Source of the DNA: Candidatus Multivoradales bacterium
GTDB lineage: Bacteria; Acidobacteriota; Thermoanaerobaculia; Multivoradales; JAHEKO01
Assembly (NCBI GenBank): GCA_965223855.1
Contig: CBDCXM010000007.1
Coordinates: 1 to 12,804, forward strand
DNA length: 12,804 bases
Direction: 5' to 3'
This document shows, piece after piece, positions 1-8,600 of the stretch. The notes under the pieces were generated by a model. The model was not told the DNA's origin and ran no database searches. It worked only from the letters and a program-made list of their open reading frames with translations. The position numbers and the translations under genes are program-made. Every line of letters starts with the position of its first letter. The stretch's first letter is position 1.

Positions 1-2
1 TC

Positions 3-620
3 GCCGCCGCACTGTTGCTTCCAGGCGCCGGCCTGAGCCAGAGGAGGCCTCACCGCGAGCTGGCCGACCCGGTACACGTCACCGCCACCCGCGACCCGAT
101 CGACGGCAGCGGGATCATTCGATACGACCCGGGTCTTCCGCCGGACGGTTTTCGAGGCATCGATCCCGTCTACATCTTTGCCGGCAACCAGTTCGACAGT
201 CGCAGCGGAGAGCCGCTCGTGACCGGCTTTCTCACCGGCATCTCCTGGTATCAGGGGCAGGCGGCGACGGTGTACTCGAATGCTTTCGTCGACATCCTCG
301 TGATGGCTCCCGAGGGCACACTCATCAACGCCTTCGTCGTCAACAACGTCGTGACGAACGCCTTCAACGCGATTCCAGGCTCCGCTTTCGTGCCGCCGGT
401 CTTCAGCGTGCTTCTCGTCCTGCCGACGGGGACCACGAGCGGTGATACCCATGGCAGCATCGGATTCCGTTCAGCGAGCACCAACGGCCAGGGCTTCCAC
501 GGCGTCCAGCGGAGCTTCACGGGACCGCCGAGGGCTCTGAGCGGGCAGAACCTGATGATGCGGGTGTCGGGTGACGTCGTGGTCCCGGTGGAGCTCCTCG
601 AGTTCGAGGTCGGAGACTAG
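3..620 (+). CDS. Secreted hypothetical protein with C-terminal PVEL motif (5'-truncated by window edge)
   Basis: Frame 3 is open from position 3 (AAALLLPGAGLSQ..., which looks like the end of a signal peptide) to TAG at 618-620. Codon usage is GC3-rich and the body looks beta-rich (GIIRYDPG, GNQFD, LTGISWY). The protein ends VVVPVELLEFEVGD. The TTG at 15 is probably internal. Confidence 0.8.
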   Translation, partial: AAALLLPGAGLSQRRPHRELADPVHVTATRDPIDGSGIIRYDPGLPPDGFRGIDPVYIFAGNQFDSRSGEPLVTGFLTGISWYQGQAATVYSNAFVDILVMAPEGTLINAFVVNNVVTNAFNAIPGSAFVPPVFSVLLVLPTGTTSGDTHGSIGFRSASTNGQGFHGVQRSFTGPPRALSGQNLMMRVSGDVVVPVELLEFEVGD

Positions 621-623
621 CCC

Positions 624-671
624 CCGACCGAGATGTCGGCTGGTACTCCTGACGGATGTTTTCTCAGGAGT
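624..671. terminator. Hairpins between convergent genes (possible bidirectional terminator or RNA-stability element)
   Basis: ACTCCTGA (645-652) and TCAGGAGT (664-671) form a perfect 8-bp inverted repeat with an 11-nt loop. A smaller CCGAC/GTCGG stem lies at 624-639. Both sit in the 65-nt gap between two convergent stop codons. There is no clear U-tract. Confidence 0.35.
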
Positions 672-685
672 CCCGCGGCGTGGCT

Positions 686-1285
686 TCAGCCGTCGTCGAC
701 TTCCACAAGCGCATCCGAGACCGCCGGGAACTGAGTGGAGATGTACTCCTGGGCCCGGTTGACGAGTCGGACGTGGCCGGGCTGGAGCTCGAGCTTCTTG
801 CCGCCGAACTCGAACAGCTCGGCGAAGTCGATCTCGAAGGTGTGCACGAGCTGCCACCAGATGAGAGAGACCGAGCCGGACTTCGGGCTGATGTTGAAGG
901 TCGAGGTCACGGTCTTCGACTCCGACAGCGAGACGGTGTGCGTGAACGACTCGGAGAGGCTCCCGCCGATACTGCCGAGAGAGCCCGAGACGCCGAGGCT
1001 GACGCTGAAGCTCTTGGTGGTGGAGTCGGTGGTCACGGTGCCGGTGGTGTAGGACTCCGACTGCGAGAACGGGGAGTCCACGGTGGCCGTCCCCGACACC
1101 AGCTTCGTCCACTGGCCGTAGACGGTCAGCACCTGCGACAGCCTCGAGATCTTGAGGTCGAGCGGCCCCTGGGTGATCACCTTGTTCGGCAGTTCGAGCC
1201 TCGCCACCTGGATGCGCGGAGGGGTCGCAGGAAAGTCGTTGATCGCGGTCGGAGCCGGCGGAGGCGGCACTTCGGTCCAGGTCAT
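686..1285 (-). CDS. Putative beta-pore-forming toxin, aerolysin/ETX-MTX2/Toxin_10 (Bin/Tpp)-like, 199 aa
   Basis: ATG at 1285 is preceded by GAGAAAGGGA (SD-like), so it is preferred over the 1516 start. The alternating amphipathic hairpin SFSVSLGVSGSLGSIGGSLSESF is flanked by the Ser/Thr-rich strands SQSESYTTGTVTTDSTTK and THTVSLSESKTVTSTFNISP. It is preceded by GQWTKL and followed by WWQL, an order resembling Bin/Tpp pore domains. No signal peptide is visible. Gene existence is more certain than the family assignment. Confidence 0.7.
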   Translation of the reverse strand: MTWTEVPPPPAPTAINDFPATPPRIQVARLELPNKVITQGPLDLKISRLSQVLTVYGQWTKLVSGTATVDSPFSQSESYTTGTVTTDSTTKSFSVSLGVSGSLGSIGGSLSESFTHTVSLSESKTVTSTFNISPKSGSVSLIWWQLVHTFEIDFAELFEFGGKKLELQPGHVRLVNRAQEYISTQFPAVSDALVEVDDG

Positions 1286-1300
1286 GGGGTCCCTTTCTCG

Positions 1301-1326
1301 GCTCCCGACCGGCCGGCGGTGGGAGC
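1301..1326 (-). promoter_or_regulatory. GC-rich stem-loop in the presumed 5' UTR of the pore-forming toxin gene
   Basis: GCTCCC (1301-1306) pairs with GGGAGC (1321-1326), and ACCG (1308-1311) with CGGT (1317-1320), giving a 1-nt bulge and 5-nt loop immediately upstream of the RBS. Confidence 0.4.
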
Positions 1327-1362
1327 GCATCAGGAAATCGGATTGTGCGGGAATGCCTTTGG

Positions 1363-1371
1363 AAGATAGCA
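1363..1371 (-). promoter_or_regulatory. Candidate extended -10 promoter (TGcTATCTT) for the pore-forming toxin gene
   Basis: The minus strand reads TG-C-TATCTT, matching TGnTAnnnT, about 80 nt upstream of ATG 1285. No convincing -35 element. Confidence 0.35.
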
Positions 1372-1390
1372 CGGGCCTCCCGAGGCAGCA

Positions 1391-1687
1391 GATTCCGCGG
1401 AGCGACGGGATCCAGCAGACCCGGCTACCGGGTGCTGTGCCCCCGGTGTCGTGAATCGAGTCGAGATCGTGGTGTCCTGAGCGCCGTTCGCAGGCGCATG
1501 CCGCCAGGGGGCTCATGGGTGGATTCGGGTGGCACCTGCCAGCAGGGTTGGGCTACCGATTGCCGCGCGCTGTGCGCCCGGGGTCGCAGCCCGAACCGAG
1601 ACTGCCGCGTCCTCGACGCTGTTGCAGGCGCATGTCGCCGGGGGGACCGACCGATTCATCTCATCTGGCACCCCTGAGCTGGGGCTA
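1391..1687. repeat. Degenerate ~131-bp tandem repeat, about 2.3 copies, intergenic
   Basis: Collinear shared blocks: GATTC at 1391/1522/1653; CCAGCAG at 1412/1539; GGCTACCG at 1423/1551; GCTGTGCsCCCGGkGTCG at 1434/1569; GCAGGCGCATGyCGCCrGGGGG at 1490/1624 (20/22 identical); TGGCACC at 1530/1666. Confidence 0.75.
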
Positions 1688-1748
1688 GTGCTGGGGGAAG
1701 ATCTCACGGATGAGTCTGGCAGTTCCTTCCCGGAGGCGCGCACTCCTT

Positions 1749-2384
1749 TTAGGCACTGTCTGTCGAAGTCAAGGCCCCCAGGTGGGCCCCCAAGTTCCTT
1801 AGTGCCGTACTCTTCACGCTCTCTGCCTCGCCGAGCACTTCCACCAGCTCGACCTGTCGGACCCAGCGGGTCCTGGACTCCTCACCGAGTTCGCTGTCGA
1901 TGACAATCTCGCCGAGACTTAGTCGATCGTCCTCGAGGGCTATCCCCAAAGGTCCGGTCTCAACAACGACATCGAAGACACCGTCGTCGAAGCGATACAG
2001 CACATAGCGCCACTCTGAAGTGTCGATGGCATGCCGAGTACCGTCACGTCCGGTGAACTCAAGAACTCCGCTCCACTCCCTTGGGGGCTTGGTGTGTCGG
2101 AATTCCCAGCCTTCGCAATTTGGGGCCGCTTTGATGATGCTCCGAGCTCGTTCGGCTAGTTCAGGCTTCGCCCCGGCACTGATCACAAGGACACTACTGC
2201 CTTCCGAACGCCTACTTGGACCGATTTCCCATGCAAGATCGCCCAGTTGCAGAATTCTCGAATCGAGCTCTTCCACAAGCGCTCGGTTCTCAAACTGGGG
2301 GCCGAAGCTCCCACAAACCGACACGAACCAAGTCCAGAAGTCCTCTACCCTAGGCTGATTAGGGATCCTCGACCTCCTTTTCAA
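1749..2384 (-). CDS. Putative cognate immunity protein of the Rhs C-terminal toxin
   Basis: Overlaps the Rhs stop codon on the same strand, about 205-211 aa, no signal peptide, lower GC (35/60 in 2161-2220 and 31/60 in 2221-2280). The pattern FWxWF...WEIGP...LVISA...APxxxGWEF resembles, from memory, the N-terminal region of DUF695-associated proteins. The start is uncertain: TTG 2384, or the SD-supported ATC at 2366. Confidence 0.8.
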   Translation of the reverse strand: MKRRSRIPNQPRVEDFWTWFVSVCGSFGPQFENRALVEELDSRILQLGDLAWEIGPSRRSEGSSVLVISAGAKPELAERARSIIKAAPNCEGWEFRHTKPPREWSGVLEFTGRDGTRHAIDTSEWRYVLYRFDDGVFDVVVETGPLGIALEDDRLSLGEIVIDSELGEESRTRWVRQVELVEVLGEAESVKSTALRNLGAHLGALTSTDSA

Positions 2385-2646
2385 GTGCCTTCATCTTGTG
2401 TGGCGCAACCTCGTTGCGCTTGTTGTCGAGGGCGTCAACTCCTCCTCGTGCGTCCATGGCTCGCTGCTCCTTGACTCTACCCTCGGCCGTGTTTGTCGAA
2501 TCGTAGGTGTCAATCACCTCAGCTTGCTTGCGGTCACGGCCATCGTTTGACCGGCGAGTCCTCTGTGGCTCCGGCCCGTTGTGTCGGCCCACATACGGTT
2601 TGCCACTAGAGGTCGCCCTTCCGGGCACCTCATAGATGGAACCTCG
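2359..2646 (-). other. C-terminal toxin domain of the Rhs protein, GIY-YIG/URI nuclease-like
   Basis: GSIYEV...GKPYVGR, then Arg residues (QRTRR), a helix Glu (GRVKEQRAM) and Asn (LDNKRNE). This is the motif order of GIY-YIG nucleases. Confidence 0.7.
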
Positions 2647-5600
2647 GTTCGCTGGGACATTGTCGGCTGCTCCAAGTAGCCTCTTCCCACCCTTCCCGAT
2701 CGCCTTGGCGTCCCTCAGAGACACCGGCGAAGCGATCTCCGTCAACAACGAAACCGCCGCCAGCGCCTTCTCCCCCCCGCTGGCCTCATCACTCCGCAGC
2801 GTGTTGAAGTCCTCGACCACGCCGGCAAACGTGGCCGCCAGATCTCCACCCTTGATGGCGAACTTCACAGCGGACTTGATTAGCTTGAATCCAATCTCGC
2901 CATCCGGGTCGACCGTGCCCAGCGGATCGTTGTAGGCGTAGGAATATCGATTCCACGACTGGGGGCTCGTCAGCTGGGCGCTCTCTCCCGCCGGATCCAC
3001 TGACAGAAACCTCCCAGCCCACCCCGAGTAATACCTGGCATGCATGTAATCCAGGTCGTCCCTCGCCGGATCGTCGGTGTCGACCTCCCACTCGTCCCGC
3101 TCGTGCCCGGTGAACTGCATCACCTCCTCTTCAGTGCCGGTGTCGAGGAGCGTCTCGCCGAAGGGCCAGTACTTGTGGCGGGAGACCTCGTTGCCGGCTT
3201 CGTCGGTCACCAGGCGGAGCGTTCCGAGATGGTCGACGTGAAGGTTCCGCCGGCCTTCGGGGGTCAGTGACGCCAGCAGGCTGCCGTCGCGGTAGAAGTA
3301 GTCTTTCTTCCAGGTGAGGGTCGAGCCGTCACGGTCGTAGGTCCGACGGACCTTCTGATCGAGGCCCCGCAGGGTGACGGTCTGAGTCTCGGTGCCATCA
3401 CCGCCTCCGAGGCCTCCTCCTGAGCCGTCCGCGATGAAGGTCCGGGTCCAGACACGCTCGTTGTCGGCGGAGTAGGCGTACCACTCGGTGCGGTCGCCCA
3501 GGGAGCGCCTCCAGGGCATGTTGAGGTCGTCGTACTCGACCGTGCCGAAGTCGCCGTCCGCCAGGATGACGTTGCCTCGGACGTCGTAGTCCCAGTCGGC
3601 GAGACGATTGGTGTTGCCGGCCTCCACCGGGAAGTCGCGGCCGCCCAGATCAACGAGGTTGCCGAAGGCGTCGAACTGGTAGGTGCGCTGGGGCTCGCCC
3701 TCGAGGGAAGCCGACGTCAGCCGGCTGAGAAGGTCGTAGTCGTAGATGTCGTTGCCGATACCCGTGATGTTGCCTACGTCGTCGTAGCTGTAGTTGCCGA
3801 GGTCGTAGAGCGTCGACCCGCGCTTGCCGAGCGCAAGCGAGGAGGGGCGGGTCATGCCGTCGGCGGCCACGCCCTGCACGTCGAGCAGATCGCCGTTGGT
3901 CGTGTCCCGGCGCAGAACCTTGTAGAGACCGTTGGGGTGGTAGCTGATGGTGCGGGCGAAGACCTCGCTACCCCGGCGGACCTTCCACAGATGGCCGTCC
4001 TTGTGCTCGTAGTCGGTCCACGGCTCGGAGCAGCCGTCGCAGTAGGGGTACCGCTCACGGTCCATCAGCCCGAGAGCGTCGTACTGGTACTCCGAGCGGA
4101 AGGTCTGGGAGGCTGCGCTTCCGACCTTGATCTGAGTCGCCTTGTAGTCGACGCGACCGGAGGAGCCGTCGTAGTCGTAGAAGTCGGTCACCCGGACGTG
4201 GTCGGGGCCGAAGTTGTAGCGGATCGCGCTCTCGAGGCGCCCGTTGCGATAACCGCTCGTGAAGTAGTCGAGCTCCTTGATCGGGTTGTTGTTGCGCGAG
4301 ATCTTCGTCGGCCGCCCCGCCTCGTCGAACTCGAGAGTGAGCTCCCGATCGACGTCGTTCTTGTAGTGAGCGTTGCCTCGGGCGTCGTAGTCCCCGAACT
4401 CCACCCTTCCTTCCAACTCCGGCAGCTCCTGCCACAGCAGGAACCCGCGGTTGTCGTACTTGAAGGTCCTGAACTGCTTGTTGGAGCCGGACTCGTTCAG
4501 CTCGACCTCGCTGAGGCGGTCGCCGATGTCGTAGGTGTATCGGGCGATCAGACTGAAGTCGGGGGAGCCGTGGTCAGGTTCGCGCACCTCGACCAGACGG
4601 CCGAGAGCGTCCCGCTTCTCCCAGGTCCTGGACTCTTCGCCGCCCACCCACTCGGTGCGTTGAACCTGCCGCTCGCCCTGGAAGTAGAACTTCGTCGTTC
4701 CGTCGTCGGGTCGCACGACCTCCTTGGCGCGTCCGAACGGATCGAAGTCCTTGTAGATCGTGACCGAGTTCGGCTTGTCCCACTCGGACATCGAGATCTT
4801 CCAGCCGAGACCGTTGTGCCGCGTGTAGCGCCGCGGCGTCAGGTTCGGACGACTGACCATCTCCTCGGCTACCCGGCCGAAGCCGTCGAAGACGTGCTCG
4901 CTGTGCTTGAGAAGCGTTGCGCCGTCGCGCCACTCCATGCGCACGGAGGCGGGGCCGCCGGCGGGCAGGGAGTAGGCGAACGACTGGGTGGCGTCGCCCG
5001 GTGGGGTCTGCTCGACCAGGCGGCCGAGGACGTCGTAGGCGAAGGTGGTGGCCAGTCCACCCGTGTCGCGCCGGGTGTGGGCGAGGCCGGTCGAGGGGTC
5101 GACGTCGACGTCGTAGGAGAGGAAGCTCGCTCCCTCGAACTGCGAGGAGCGGAGGACTCCGTGCTCGTACTGGTAGTCGATCGCGTAGTCGCCTCCCGAG
5201 CCGCCACAGACGTCCATTGAGACGGAGTTGAGATCACCGCCGTCGTAGACGATCCGAGCCACGTTGCCGGAGTCGCCACGCTCGAAACGTGTGACGAGGT
5301 CGTCGGAAGCGTTTTCGGTACCGGACGTGAGGGTGCGATGGCAGATCTTGAAGCCGAGGTCGTCGAACTCGGCCTTCTCTACGGCGCGATCGCCGTTCTC
5401 GAGCACTTCGTGCCGGGTCACGAGGTCGAGGAACCAGTCCTGGTCGGGGCCGATCGCGCCGGAGACGGTGTAGTCCTGCTTCGTCGTGCGCTCGAGCCCG
5501 CCCCAGCCGCTCACCACCGTCGTCTCGAAGCGCCCGAGCTGGTTGTAGTCGAGATGGTCGGTGCGGACAGAGCGGTCGGCGTCGCCGTGGAAGACGGTCT

Positions 5601-8600
5601 CGGAGGCGACGACCCGGCGGTTGCGATCGCTGCAAGGATCGTGAAGGTCGTCCGGCGATCGGACGCAGTAGCCCCCATCGACCTCGTATCGAGTGTGGGT
5701 CGTGCGCCTGCGCATTCCCGCACAGAGCCTCTGATCGCCGTGAAACGGATCTCCCGACTGGTCCTGCCACTGGCCAAAGACCTCCGTCGAGAGGAAGAGG
5801 TCTCCGGCGTCGTTGGTCGGAGAGAAGGGAAGTCCGTTGAAGGCGTAGTCCGTTTCGTCGGCGTTGAAGTAGTGCCGGGTGCAGTGCGTCACCGGATTCC
5901 CGGCTCCGTCCACCGACTCGACGGCCACGTCGACGCGGCTCTCGGTGGGGTAGACCTGAGGCACCCCGTCGAGGAAACGCCACTCGTTGCTCGGCGGGAA
6001 GAGCTGGTTCGAATAGGTCCACGACGTGGTGTCGCCGCTGTGCGGATCGACGAAGGTCCGCTTCGAGACGCCGGAGGAGAGGTGGAAGAACGGCGGGTAG
6101 TAGGAGGCGTTCTTCCACGACCCGTAGTCCCACTCGATGCGGCCGCCGGTCGGAAGCTCGATGGATTCGAGGACTCCGGCGTCCGGGCATTGGCTGTAGC
6201 CGGGGTTCGAGCCGACGGTGCCGCTGCGGTAGCTCTCCATGCGATAGACCATCGGCGCTGTCTGGCCCGCTCCGAGCCGGACTTCGGAGAGCATCGGGAA
6301 TTGATCCGCGGCCGGGAAGGGACTCATGTCCTGGAAGCCTTCCTGGAGCCGGTTGCGGTAGCAGAAATTGACCAACTGCGAGTCGTACTCGAACTCGATC
6401 TGGTTGACCGCTCCGTCGAAGGCCGCCAGATCGATCCGCTCGATCTGCGGGCCGAGTTCCGCCTCGGGGCCAACGGGAGTCACGGGCTGCGAGAAGAGGA
6501 TCCGGTGACTGCGGCCCTCCGAGTCTTCGATCCTCCACTCATCGGGAACGGAATAGTCGATCGTCACCTCGTTGCCGAACGGATCGGCGAGTCTGTCGAG
6601 ACGCCAGGTCGTGGAGGATTGCTCGCGCGAGAACTCGCGGAAGGTGCCGTCCGGGAACTCGACCTTCGCCGCGGTCGCGAGATCCAGATCCTCATGGTCG
6701 ACCGTCAACCGCAGGAACGAGTTGTCGCGGGTGTAGTAGACGAGCTCGTCGTGGTCCGGTAGGTGCTCCTGGAGGTTGCGGTAGAAGTAGTGCTTGGCGC
6801 CGTCGGGGCTGACGTACATCCACAGGCCGGTGCGGTTCGCCACGTTGGGCTCCGTGTAAGGGACGTCCGGGGCGTCGCCTTCCGGCCAGTCGTCTGCCGT
6901 CGCTTTCCCGGCCTGCCCGGTTCCGCTCGGTCCGCTTTTCGCAGCCACGAGCCCTCCCGGTGGAATGCACTCGGGGCATCCCGCTCCGTAGACCGGCATG
7001 CAGGAGCGGCTCTGGTTCATCGTCGCCGTCACCACCCGCGGGTCGGAGGTCGGGTCGCAGTCGTCCCCCGACCACCACAGGAAAGGAACGGTGGGCGCGA
7101 GATCGAGGGCCTCGAGCTCGACCACCGTGGCCGGGTTGACGGCGTTGTACGTGTAGGTGCAGTCGTCGTTCGGGTCGGCAGCGCAGTCGGAAGTCCCGGA
7201 AGGCCGGGGCGCGACGAGCACGTCGGCGCCCTGCCCTCCCACGTCGATGGTCAGTTGGAAGGTCGTGCCGGCCACGAACTTCGCCGTGCACGTGGTGTTC
7301 GAGGTGATCTGGAACAGTCCATTGCCCGGGCATCCTCCGACCCAGTGGCTGAACTCCTTGCCGGGCTCGGGTACCGGTAGCAGCGACACCGTCGAACCTT
7401 CGTTGAGCACCTCCTGGCACAGCCCAGGGCAGTCGATGTCGCCCTGGAGGTTGAGTACCGAGCCGCCGCCGCCGTCGATCTGGGCGGTGAGGGTGTGGGT
7501 GGTGGGCTCTTCGTCCGCAAAGACCGCGGTGCACTGGTGCGGCTGATTCATGATGATCGTCGTCTGAGCGTCGCCGGGATCGAGCACCGGGCAGCCGGTC
7601 CAGCCGTGGAAGAAGTAGTTCGGGTTCGTCTCCTCGGCCCGCAGGACGAGCGGCAGCCCGTCGGGATACATCTCTGAACAGTCGCCCGGGCAGTCGATCC
7701 CGGGCTGACTGACGCTGATCACTGTCCCCTGATTGCCGGGGTCGGTGATCGTGAGCTGCTGCGGGTCGCCGCATCCGCCGGGACAACTGCCGAAGGTCGC
7801 CGTACAGCTCATCGCCTCCCACAGCGTCACGGTGGCGACCGGCGCGGTCAGGTCGCTGCAGGCCGGATCGCCTCCCCAACCGGTGAAGAAGGCGTCCGGC
7901 TCGGGCAGCACGGTGAGGAAGACGGTCGATCCGGCGTCGAAGTACTCGGTACAGCTCTGGTTCGGCAGACAGATCGTGTTGCCTGGATCGATTTCCACCG
8001 ACCCCAGTGCGTTCGGTTGCACCGAGATAGTCGGCACCAGCCGGATGTGGGCGGTGCACACGGCGTCCTGGAGCATGTCGATCTCGCCCGAAGCCGAGCA
8101 GTCGCCACCCCAGAGGACGTACGACGGCGCCGTGCCGTCCTCGAAGTGAAGGTCGACGTCGGTACCGATCGGGAAATCGTGGGTCGTGACGGTGGCGTTC
8201 GAGTCGAGCGGGACGTGGATTCCCTCAGGGTTGCTCCACAGCTCGGCCCTGGCGGTGCCTTCGCGGGTGATCTCGAGTCGCAGCTCACGCCGCTCGGCCG
8301 TCGATCCGAAGTACGCCTTGCAGAAGCGGTGATCGCTCATGTCGACCTCGAGCGGGGAGTCGCCGGTGCAGCCGACTCCGAGGAACTCCTCGAAATCGGA
8401 GTCGTCGCCTTGAGCGACGAGCGTCGCCTCGGTTTCGGTCGGGCCGAAGATCACGCTGCAGTCGTCGGTGCAGACCGTGTCCGGCTGGCCCGGCTTCTGG
8501 ATCACGACCTCCCCTTCGCCGTCACCGCGGAAGGCGACATTGAGCTGCTTGATGGCCGGGCAGTAGTCGATCGAGCAGTCGTTGAAGTGCGCCGTGCAGC

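Noticed and set aside
471-1369. Alternative ORFs 656-1369 +, 471-1112 - and 735-1052 + overlapping the pore-former
   Set aside because: They are antisense or off-frame shadows. The 686-1285 minus frame has the coherent motif pattern and RBS.
1286-1516. N-terminal 77-aa extension of the 686..1516 ORF
   Set aside because: It has low-complexity Arg/Cys-rich composition and runs through the non-coding repeat and UTR hairpin. The ATG at 1285 has an SD-like sequence.
1391-1687. CRISPR array interpretation of the spacer repeats
   Set aside because: Similarity extends across the whole ~131-bp unit rather than repeat plus unique spacer. There are only about 2 copies and no cas genes.
1732-1750. GGAG-N7-CTCC-TTTT possible terminator
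   Set aside because: The stem is only 4 bp, and the U-tract is on the + strand, opposite to the direction of the adjacent genes.
1345-1903. Small ORFs in the spacer (1345-1677 +, 1513-1743 -, 1529-1903 +), including the idea of an orphan toxin or immunity gene
   Set aside because: There are no protein-like motifs. The AAGGAG after the immunity stop overlaps the GTG at 1743, leaving no spacing. The region is better explained by a non-triplet DNA repeat.
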